From the NCBI GenBank assembly GCA_041694835.1, contig JBGFRZ010000026.1, positions 1 through 15,916 of the forward strand: a stretch of 15,916 bases of DNA, read 5' to 3'. Each line of letters starts with the position of its first letter. The first letter of the stretch is position 1. The stretch is from Ignavibacteria bacterium. GTDB taxonomy: Bacteria; Elusimicrobiota; Endomicrobiia; PHAN01. The notes under the pieces were generated by a model that saw nothing but the letters and a program-made list of their open reading frames with translations, was not told the DNA's origin and ran no database searches. The position numbers and the translations under genes are program-made. This document shows, piece after piece, positions 1 through 7,498 of this stretch.

Positions 1-96
1 GAGAAAATTCAGAAATTGAAAGAACTGTCAGCAATTTTTCAAACATAAATTGCTAAACCTACCGGCTAAATGGCGCTGGCTTTGCTAAATACTGAC

Positions 97-111
97 TTTT
101 TCAACACTCTC
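97..111 (-). mobile_element. Terminal repeat (GAGAGTGTTGAAAAA on - strand) of an element extending left out of the window
   Basis: Matches the ends at 248-262, 15568-15582, 15783-15797 and 15803-15817; flanked by ATTATA (TATAAT on - strand). The partner end is not in the window. Confidence 0.6.
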
Positions 112-140
112 ATTATACAAATTTAACGGGGAAAATTCAA
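112..140 (-). promoter_or_regulatory. Putative sigma70 promoter pointing left
   Basis: Minus strand reads TTGAAT (140-135), a 17-bp spacer, then TATAAT (117-112). Confidence 0.5.
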
Positions 141-247
141 GGATAAAAAAAATGAGTATTTATTTTTTTGTCCCCACTGTTATAAATTCAAAAAATTGAA
201 CAAAAATTTTACTTGAAATTTTATCTTTTAATTTTAATTTGTATAAT

Positions 248-372
248 GAGACCGTTGAAAAACCCCATTACGAATTATAGTCCATGGTCGATAGAATCTG
301 TGGACCGTGGACCATCGACTGTGGACTAAATTGTTTTTCATGTCAAGGTTTTAATGAAGCGTCAACGGTCTC
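248..372. mobile_element. MITE-like element with heptamer-repeat hairpin cargo
   Basis: Left end GAGACCGTTGAAAAA (248-262). Right end TCAACGGTCTC (362-372) is a perfect 11-bp inverted match, and 15/15 if 341-364 is removed. Internal inverted heptamer arrays. Confidence 0.65.
277..328. repeat. Inverted arrays of degenerate 7-mers (ATAGTCC ATGGTCG ATAG ... TGTGGAC CGTGGAC CATCGAC TGTGGAC TA)
   Basis: The 7-bp period is directly visible; 278-294 is an imperfect reverse complement of 312-328. Confidence 0.8.
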
Positions 373-2572
373 ATTTTACCAGTTCCTTTAAGAACCCGCG
401 GACGTCCTTCGGGTTTTTAAGGTTATATTTTGCGTACGACGGCAAAATCCCCACCCTTATTGAAACCGCCTCCTGCGGCAGGGCCTTAAACAGGTCCTCG
501 TCCGTCGCATCGTCGCCTATGCCCATTATAAAATCGTATTTATTTTTTGACAGGAAACGAGCCGCAGCCGAACCCTTGTCAACCCCGTAATTTCTCACTT
601 CAACCACCTTGTTCCCCTGCACTACCTTTAAACCGATGTTTGAAGTAATGGTCATCAGTTCGTCCATGAATTCCTTCGCCCTCATTGAGGAAAGTTCCGT
701 ATCCGCCAGACGGTAATGCCATGCTATTGAATACTCCTTGTCTTCAATGAACGAACCGGGCACCCTGCCGACGTATCTTTCAAAATACGGCCGGAGTTTT
801 TCCTTCCAGTCAACCGTGAGCGGCTTTATGAGTTGCCACTCCGCGCCGCTCTCTTTAATCCATACCCCGTGTTCAGCGACCATGTCAACCTTCAGCATGC
901 CGAACCATTTCTGCAGGAATTCCTTTTTCCTGCCGGATATAAGCACCAACCTCGTGCCGGGGACAGCGGAAAACGTTTTTAACAAATCGGTAAGTTCCTC
1001 GTCGGGTTTCGCCTCCCCGGGTGACCCGTAAAACGGCACAAGCGTGCCGTCGTAATCAAGGAATACTAATTTTGAGTCCGCACCCTTAAAACCGTTTATG
1101 ACCTGCGTTTTTGCCTGTCCCGTCAGTAATTTCGCCTCCATCTCATTCCTGCGGTTATTCATTCTCTGCAGCGTCTGTACAAAATCTTCCACCCAGCGTA
1201 TGACGTTGTAACTCCTTAACCTTTCCTGCATTATTGAATTCCTTCTTACCTGCTCTTCGGGCGGCATCGTAAGTGCGGAAAGGAGAGCGTCGGCTATCTC
1301 TTTTTTATGGTTGGGGTTTATTATAATCGCTTCGCCCATTTCCTTCGCCGCCCCTGCCATATCGCTGAGTATCAGCACCCCGGTTTTATCAGCCCTGGAG
1401 GCAACGTACTCTTTTGCGACAAGGTTCATCCCGTCGCGCAGGGGCGTAACCAGCGATACGTCCCCGGTTAGGTACACCGCAGACACATGGTCAAGCGGCA
1501 GGTGCTTGTACTGGTAACGTATTGGCGTCCATGCAACGTCGCCGAATTTGCCGTTAATCCTGCCTACGAGTTCGTCAATGTTGTATTTCATCCGCTGGTA
1601 ACTTTTTACCCCTATCCTTGAAGGGACTACGACCAGCAGAAGGGTTACTTTCTTATGCCACTCCGGGTTTTTTTCAAGGAACATTTCGTACCCTTCAAGA
1701 CGGTTTTTTATGCCTTTGGTATAGTCAAGCCGGTCCACGGAAATAACGACTTTGGTGCCGCCCAGCGAGCCCTTAAGTTCTTCGCTGATTCTGCGCGTTT
1801 CACCGCTTTCGGCAGTTTTGAGATACTTGTCAAAATGTATCCCCATAGGGAAGGTGTCAACCCGGACGACCCTGTCTCCGGTTATGACGTTGCCTATGTC
1901 GTTCTCATAACCGAGCATCCTCAGGACGCACCGCAGGTAATCCTGGGTGTAGTCGTTGGTGTGAAAGCCGACCATGTCGCACCCGAGGAGACCTTCAAGA
2001 ATCTGCACACCCCATTCTTTCGGCAGGAGACGGAATATCTCATAAGGCGGGAAAGGTATATGCAGGAAAAAACCTATAAGGGCTTCCGGCATGTGTTCCC
2101 TTATCAGTTTTGGCAGTAACATAAGGTGGTAATCGTGCACCCATACGACGTCTCCGGGCTTAAGCAGTTTTTTGACGGTTTCAAAGAAACTCTCGTTCAC
2201 CTGTTTGTAACTTTTCCAGTATTCCTCGTCGTAAGAAACATAACTCGGGAAACAGTGGAAAAGCGGCCAGATGGTATCGTTGCAGAAGCCGTGATAGAAT
2301 TTATCCATTGCTTCCGCCGGAAAGAACACCGGGTATGCGTGTAATTCGGAAGAAAGTTTTTCTTTAACCCTTTCTTCGTATTTCTGGTCAACGGCTGAGC
2401 CCGGCCAGCCGACCCATATATGCTCCATCGTGGTAAAGGATGAACTCTTCATTGACTCAAGGTAAGAACTGATTCCGGTAACAAGGCCGCCGGCGCTTTC
2501 CTTAAAGTCAACCTTTTTATCCTTTATTTTCAGGGTGTAAGGCAGGCGATTTGATATGACGAGTAATCTCAT
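371..2572 (-). CDS. Bifunctional trehalose-6-phosphate synthase/phosphatase (GT20 OtsA-like domain fused to HAD OtsB-like domain)
   Basis: 733 aa. GT20 motifs SNRLP, HDYHL, GFFLHIPFP, VDRLDYTKG and RDGMNLVAKEY; HAD motifs FLDYDGTL, ISGR and GDDATDED. Confidence 0.95.
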   Translation of the reverse strand: MRLLVISNRLPYTLKIKDKKVDFKESAGGLVTGISSYLESMKSSSFTTMEHIWVGWPGSAVDQKYEERVKEKLSSELHAYPVFFPAEAMDKFYHGFCNDTIWPLFHCFPSYVSYDEEYWKSYKQVNESFFETVKKLLKPGDVVWVHDYHLMLLPKLIREHMPEALIGFFLHIPFPPYEIFRLLPKEWGVQILEGLLGCDMVGFHTNDYTQDYLRCVLRMLGYENDIGNVITGDRVVRVDTFPMGIHFDKYLKTAESGETRRISEELKGSLGGTKVVISVDRLDYTKGIKNRLEGYEMFLEKNPEWHKKVTLLLVVVPSRIGVKSYQRMKYNIDELVGRINGKFGDVAWTPIRYQYKHLPLDHVSAVYLTGDVSLVTPLRDGMNLVAKEYVASRADKTGVLILSDMAGAAKEMGEAIIINPNHKKEIADALLSALTMPPEEQVRRNSIMQERLRSYNVIRWVEDFVQTLQRMNNRRNEMEAKLLTGQAKTQVINGFKGADSKLVFLDYDGTLVPFYGSPGEAKPDEELTDLLKTFSAVPGTRLVLISGRKKEFLQKWFGMLKVDMVAEHGVWIKESGAEWQLIKPLTVDWKEKLRPYFERYVGRVPGSFIEDKEYSIAWHYRLADTELSSMRAKEFMDELMTITSNIGLKVVQGNKVVEVRNYGVDKGSAAARFLSKNKYDFIMGIGDDATDEDLFKALPQEAVSIRVGILPSYAKYNLKNPKDVRGFLKELVK

Positions 2573-2702
2573 GGGATTTTGCCTTTAATTTCACGACCCG
2601 GCGCCGCGATACCGGGATGGGTGTCCGGGAAGTGCAGGAGACGACGAAAGAAATTTCCGGCGGTTGACGCTCAGGCGGGACGCTGAATTTTGTCAAAACC
2701 CG

Positions 2703-3213
2703 TGTATTTTTGCAGGACTTCGGGATATCGGGGTGTCCCGGCGGAAAAGCCCTTGTGGCGCCGTCTTTAAGGACGTGTTTGACTTTCCGGTGAAAGTGAA
2801 ATTTTTCCGATGGAGCCGACGCCCGACGGTACTGCTCTGAATAATTCCTGCACCATTTCTTTTATCCGCGGGGACACGTCCTGCGCTTTAACATTAGTCA
2901 TGAGGAGCCGGATCCCACAGTTAATGTCAAAGCCGATTTCTCCCGGAGAGATAATGCCTTTGTCCGTGTCAAATGCGGCTACGCCGCCGAGCGAGAAGTC
3001 GTAGCCCCAGCAGATGTCCGGCATTGCAAGAGATTTACCTACGATGCCCGGCAGGTACGCGACGTTTTCAACCTGTGAGTGCGCTCTGTCGCCGCATATC
3101 TGTGGCATCATCTTTTCGGACGCGAATATAAGCCCTTCCGTGCGCATTCCTGCACGTTTCGGTATGGACCACCGGAAGTCGTCAATCTTTTTCAACGGAC
3201 ATCACTGGGTCAT
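2703..3213 (-). pseudogene. rtcB: RtcB-family RNA ligase pseudogene (premature stop, frameshift, internal deletion)
   Basis: ATG at 3213 is followed by an in-frame TGA (3204-3202). RtcB N-terminal motifs MPDIxWGYxFxxGGVAAFD, GFDINCG and VPSGVGS. Frameshift near 2785, after which the shifted frame reads HVLKDGA-TRAFPPGHPDIP. Confidence 0.88.
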
Positions 3214-3236
3214 AATCGTACCATTAATTTATTCTT

Positions 3237-4101
3237 GGGTATAGTATCAATTCGAGCCACTAAAATGTAAGTTTTTATGCTCAAAAAGCAACCTTAAAAT
3301 TTGAGCAATTTGTTGTTTAATTGTAAAATTTCTATGATTATATCTCCACACATATTCAGCCAAGTAAAGAGGCAATTTTTCTTTTCTTATACCACCTTTA
3401 GAAGCAAGTTTCCTTTTAAGATAACCCCAGAACCCTTCAAGTCCATTTATGTGGTTGCCTTTGTGGTTTGTGTATTCGCCTTTTTGATGTTCTACCAACC
3501 GATGAACATGGCCATTAGCAGCGATTCCTGTATAACTTTTCCAAGTGTCAGAACAAATAGTAGAGCCACGCTTTACCCGACGAGCAATCAGTGGCATAAG
3601 AGTCCTTGCTTCAACATCTTCAACTATCTCAACCCAAACCTTGCCACCTCTACAAAGTATACCAAAAACAGGTGTCTTAAAAGTCCCTCTTCCCCGCTTG
3701 GGTTTTATCTTTCCCTGGCTCTTGCGTTTGTTTTTCCATTGTCCACCAATATAGGTTTCATCAATCTCAACTACACCAGAAAATACTTCAGGAACATCTT
3801 TGACAAACACTCCTCTAACTATGTTCAACGCCCTGACAATTCGCAATCTGTTTATACCAGTTTCATTGGCAATTTGCTGGCTGGAAAGTCCCCTAATAAA
3901 CCACTTCAAAATTTTTACCCACTTTTTCTGTCCCAAATAAAGTGGCAAATAATAGGGCTTCCATTCATACTTGCATTTACCACAACGAAACTTTTGTCGT
4001 CGGACTTTATAGATTTTATTAAAAAAACATTTAGGACATACTATTTTGTTCTTCATACCACCATTTTAACATATTTGGTGGCTTAAAATGATACAATACC
4101 C
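3237..4101 (-). mobile_element. IS1595-family insertion sequence, 865 bp
   Basis: 24-bp terminal inverted repeats GGGTATAGTATCAATTCGAGCCAC and GGGTATTGTATCATTTTAAGCCAC (20/24 identical) enclose one transposase ORF. No target duplication. Confidence 0.88.
3247..4056 (-). CDS. IS1595-family (ISXO2-like) transposase
   Basis: N-terminal CPKC/CGKC zinc finger and HTH-like segment; catalytic-domain motifs VEIDETY, SDTWKSY, NGLEGFW and YLAEYVWRYN. Confidence 0.92.
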   Translation of the reverse strand: MKNKIVCPKCFFNKIYKVRRQKFRCGKCKYEWKPYYLPLYLGQKKWVKILKWFIRGLSSQQIANETGINRLRIVRALNIVRGVFVKDVPEVFSGVVEIDETYIGGQWKNKRKSQGKIKPKRGRGTFKTPVFGILCRGGKVWVEIVEDVEARTLMPLIARRVKRGSTICSDTWKSYTGIAANGHVHRLVEHQKGEYTNHKGNHINGLEGFWGYLKRKLASKGGIRKEKLPLYLAEYVWRYNHRNFTIKQQIAQILRLLFEHKNLHFSGSN

Positions 4102-5069
4102 AAAACAAAAACGCTTTCAAGCGCCGCCTTAAGTTCGTCTATTCTCTCTATCTGATTTATCATCCCTCTTATCTTCTTTGCGTTGGGCAATCCTGTCAGA
4201 TAATACGAGGAAATTTTCCTGAGTTTTATTATCCCCCATCTTTCTCCGTACCTCTCGGAGGCAAGACGAGCGTGTTCAAGGAGTGATTCAATTTTATCCT
4301 CCCAAGAAGGTGGTGATTTTTTCTCTCCAAATTCAAGATAGTGTGAAATTCTGTCAAATATATTGTAATCGCCTATAGCGGCGCGACCGATCATTATCCC
4401 TGCACAATTTGTTTTCTTAACGACATACTCAGCCGCCTCTTCCGAGTCAATCCCGCCATTCGCTATGACGGAAATACCAACAGAGTCTACCGCCTTTGAA
4501 ATTAAATCGAAATTTGCCGCGCCACTGTGCCTTTGTGTCGCGAAACGGCCGTGAACGATAATTTGAGAAGCGCCCGACTCCTCGGCAACTTTTGAAATTT
4601 CTTCTATTTTTTCATCGTTCTTGTCAAAACCAGGTCTTATTTTTACGCTAACAGGGACATCCGACGAAAACACAGCGGTCTTGATCAACTCTGCATAAAG
4701 TTTTAAATCCCTCAAAACCGCTGCGCCGCTGTTAGATTTTATTATTTTTTTCGCGGGACAGCCGAAATTTATATTCAAACCATCAAAACCAAGAGCCGAA
4801 ACAACTTTAGCGGCGGCCTTTATGTGATTTTTATCCGAACCGAAAACCTGAGCCACAACAGGCCTTTCTTCCTCATGAAAGTCGAGCATCGAAATCGTTT
4901 TTTTATTTCTCTGAAACAATGCACTTGCGGAAACCATCTCGGTAAAAACACTCCCGGCGCCGCCGCGTTTTGCAAGTAACCTGAACACGCTGTCGGTTAT
5001 CCCCGCCATCGGAGCGAGCATTATATTTTCTTTTTTTATACTTTCACTCTTATCACAAGGACTAATCAT
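4083..5069 (-). CDS. dusB: tRNA-dihydrouridine synthase, DusB/NifR3-like (start uncertain)
   Basis: Motifs LAPMAGITD, TEMVS, NINFGCP (catalytic Cys), VKIR, HGR, ANGGI and MIGRAA. Confidence 0.88.
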   Translation of the reverse strand: MISPCDKSESIKKENIMLAPMAGITDSVFRLLAKRGGAGSVFTEMVSASALFQRNKKTISMLDFHEEERPVVAQVFGSDKNHIKAAAKVVSALGFDGLNINFGCPAKKIIKSNSGAAVLRDLKLYAELIKTAVFSSDVPVSVKIRPGFDKNDEKIEEISKVAEESGASQIIVHGRFATQRHSGAANFDLISKAVDSVGISVIANGGIDSEEAAEYVVKKTNCAGIMIGRAAIGDYNIFDRISHYLEFGEKKSPPSWEDKIESLLEHARLASERYGERWGIIKLRKISSYYLTGLPNAKKIRGMINQIERIDELKAALESVFVLGIVSF

Positions 5070-5078
5070 TTTTTATTA

Positions 5079-5231
5079 GGGTCTTCTCCATTTTTTGTTG
5101 TGCGTATAAAAACAAAGTGTTTGAGCGGGTTTAATCAAGTATGAACACTTGATTACCCCGCTCCCGATTTATCGGGACGAGAATGAGCGAAAATACTTAC
5201 CCAATGTTACAACAACATTTGGAGAAGAGCC
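5079..5231. mobile_element. 153-bp MITE with 8-bp target site duplication
   Basis: 23-bp inverted ends GGGTCTTCTCCATTTTTTGTTGT and GGCTCTTCTCCAAATGTTGTTGT (19/23); TTTTATTA at 5071-5078 and 5232-5239; internal hairpins at 5123-5163 and 5162-5177. Confidence 0.85.
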
Positions 5232-5310
5232 TTTTATTATAACTTCCTAATTTTACCTTACTTTCGTCTAACCATAGCGAACCATCGGTCATTTATTATT
5301 ATCGACTATT

Positions 5311-6330
5311 TTACTCGAATCTCCACGATATTAACTTTGACTCCGACGAAACGGAAAGATCGTCTAAAGTTCGCGGCTTTGCGTATTTCCACTTGTAATA
5401 AGCAGCACAAGCTATCATCGCGGCGTTGTCCGTGCAATACCTGGACGAAGGCAGGTAAACTTTTCTCCTTTCTTTTTTCGCCATAGTTTTAAATTTTTTC
5501 CTCAACCTTGCGTTTGAAACAACTCCGCCGCCCAGTGACAGCTTTGATATCTGGAATTTTTTCATCGCTCTTGAGACTTTTTCCACAAGCGTGTCGATGA
5601 CCGCTTCTTGAAAAGAGGCGCAGATATCACATACCATGGGATGGGGGATATGGTCTTTAATTATTCTTTTAAGATAATAAAGTACCGCTGTTTTAAGTCC
5701 GCTGAAACTAAAATCCCATGTATCATGCATATAAGGTCGCGGAAAATCTATGGCTGACGGATTGCCTTTTTTTGCGTTTTTCTCAATTTCCGGACCTCCG
5801 GGATATTTTAAATTCAAAAGTTTTGCTACTTTGTCAAACGCCTCGCCTGCGGCGTCGTCCCTCGTCCTCCCCAAAATTTCGTACTTTCCGTAATCTTTCA
5901 CGAAAACAAGGTCGGTGTGACCTCCGGAAACGGTCAGCGAGAGAAACGGCGGTATCAGTTTGTTTTCTATCATTGAAGAGTATATGTGGCCTTCAAGATG
6001 ATTCACCGGGATTATTTTTTTTCCAAAAATATAAGAAATGGTTTCGGCTGTGATCTGTCCGATGAGAAGAGAGCCTATAAGACCCGGTGAGGAAGTAAAT
6101 GCTATGGCATCAATATCTTCAATTTTAATTTTAGCTTCGTCCAATGCCTTTTTGATTATGAAATTTATATTTTCAAGATGAGAGCGGGAGGCGAGTTCGG
6201 GCACCACCCCACCAAATTTTGAATGAACTTCCTGCGATGCCACTACATTTGACAATACTTTTTTAGCATCTTCCAGCAAAGCGGACGCCGTCTCATCGCA
6301 GGATGTCTCAATTGCCAAGATTCTCGTCAT
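5311..6330 (-). CDS. tsaD: tRNA N6-adenosine threonylcarbamoyltransferase
   Basis: Motifs ILAIETSCDET, GGVVPELASRSH, NHLEGH, SGGHT, DDAAGEAFDK, FSFSGLKT and TDNAAMI. Confidence 0.97.
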   Translation of the reverse strand: MTRILAIETSCDETASALLEDAKKVLSNVVASQEVHSKFGGVVPELASRSHLENINFIIKKALDEAKIKIEDIDAIAFTSSPGLIGSLLIGQITAETISYIFGKKIIPVNHLEGHIYSSMIENKLIPPFLSLTVSGGHTDLVFVKDYGKYEILGRTRDDAAGEAFDKVAKLLNLKYPGGPEIEKNAKKGNPSAIDFPRPYMHDTWDFSFSGLKTAVLYYLKRIIKDHIPHPMVCDICASFQEAVIDTLVEKVSRAMKKFQISKLSLGGGVVSNARLRKKFKTMAKKERRKVYLPSSRYCTDNAAMIACAAYYKWKYAKPRTLDDLSVSSESKLISWRFE

Positions 6331-7366
6331 AAAGTGATTTCAAAGAAACAAACTTGATGTTGTTTTCGTGAAATTTTGGGAGGTGTTTTTTTAACGCTAT
6401 GGGAAGGGTTTTTTTGTGAACATGACCGATAGCGATGGTTGTTTTTCCTTTTTTAGCCAGGCTTAAAAGTTGTGAGAGCTGTTTTTCAATGTATTTTTCA
6501 GAGGGTTCCATGTCCAGAAAAATCTGGTTTACCAAAACGGGGAGCCCCATTTCTTTCGCGACGGCATTAGCTTTCGATTTTGGAGTCGTATAAGAGTCAA
6601 AATACACAAGGTTATTTTTTTTGACGAGCGAAAGCAGTATTTTCATCTTTTCACTGCTTTTGGAAAATCCGCTTCCCATATGGTTCGAGACACCGAACGC
6701 CCCCGGAACGGTTTTTAGATTTTCATTGAATATCTTTTCTATCTCCTGCTCACCCATTCTCAAAAACACCGCCCTTTTGCCGGGATTTACCAAAGGATCC
6801 TCGGGCTCCATCGGTAAATGCATAAGAAAATCCACGCCGGCGCTTTTAAGTCGCGATGATATTTCCGCGGAGTATCTTTCGCCGGGAAGAATCGCAAAAG
6901 TAACGGGGATGCCCATTGAAAGAAAATCGTCTATATTTTTTGTGTAGCCGGCATCATCTATTACTATCGCTACTCTCCTGCTTTTTTTTGAAATCGGACG
7001 AGCGAAAATCAGATAAGAAAACTTCTTCCCGCTTTTGCCAATTATAAGTTTTATCGATTCTTGACCGATTGTTTTTTCAACCGAACAGCCGTTTCTTTCG
7101 GACAGCGTTTTCAAATCATCAAGCCACTTATCGCGGAAGTTCACGTCCAATTGCTTATGAAACTCGACCCATTTGACATTCCCCTCTTTGACTTCTTTTC
7201 TATACTGTTTAATTATGTTTGCGTCGGATATTCCTTCTTTGACAAGGAAGTCGGTTATTTCGTTAGCAAGATTTATGCTTTCCTTCGTGTAATCCCTCGA
7301 AGCATAATAATTATATACAACCAACCCGACAATAAACAAAAAAATAAGAATTAAAAACTTTCTCAT
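6308..7366 (-). CDS. Divergent polysaccharide deacetylase family protein (YibQ-like) with N-terminal membrane anchor
   Basis: Motifs AIVIDDAG, MHLPMEP, SNHMGS, YFDSYT, IFLD and IAIGH; usual position downstream of ctpA/envC. Confidence 0.9.
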   Translation of the reverse strand: MRKFLILIFLFIVGLVVYNYYASRDYTKESINLANEITDFLVKEGISDANIIKQYRKEVKEGNVKWVEFHKQLDVNFRDKWLDDLKTLSERNGCSVEKTIGQESIKLIIGKSGKKFSYLIFARPISKKSRRVAIVIDDAGYTKNIDDFLSMGIPVTFAILPGERYSAEISSRLKSAGVDFLMHLPMEPEDPLVNPGKRAVFLRMGEQEIEKIFNENLKTVPGAFGVSNHMGSGFSKSSEKMKILLSLVKKNNLVYFDSYTTPKSKANAVAKEMGLPVLVNQIFLDMEPSEKYIEKQLSQLLSLAKKGKTTIAIGHVHKKTLPIALKKHLPKFHENNIKFVSLKSLYDENLGN

Positions 7367-7375
7367 AATATTACT

Positions 7376-7497
7376 GTTCTGTTAAGTTGGTCCCTGATAA
7401 TGCTACCCTGCTCTCATTGCAACCACGAGCACGAAAAATCCCCCCTCCCCCCCTTTATTAAATGGGGATTTACTATCAATTACTTCTGTCACAGAGC
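7376..7497. mobile_element. Possible 122-bp insertion flanked by ATTACT direct repeats, with a C-rich/G-rich hairpin
   Basis: ATTACT at 7370-7375 and 7498-7503; ends GTTCTGT and ACAGAGC are 6/7 inverted; internal AATCCCC...GGGGATT at 7437-7470. Confidence 0.45.
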
Positions 7498-7498
7498 A

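Noticed and set aside
277-328. CRISPR array here or at 15586-15775
   Set aside because: Units are 7-9 bp with no unique spacers, and no cas genes are present.
2575-2620. Possible remnant of the RtcB C-terminus (GIA/RRVVKLK)
   Set aside because: Too short, and it needs an extra frameshift; cannot be supported by eye.
3202-3204. In-frame TGA as Trp, Gly or Sec recoding
   Set aside because: TGA ends other genes here (trehalose gene, transposase, rluD, lspA), and the rtcB remnant has further disabling lesions.
3301-4086. 261-aa plus-strand ORF antisense to the transposase
   Set aside because: It fully overlaps a gene with clear motifs, starts with TTG and has no recognisable domain; most likely a shadow frame.
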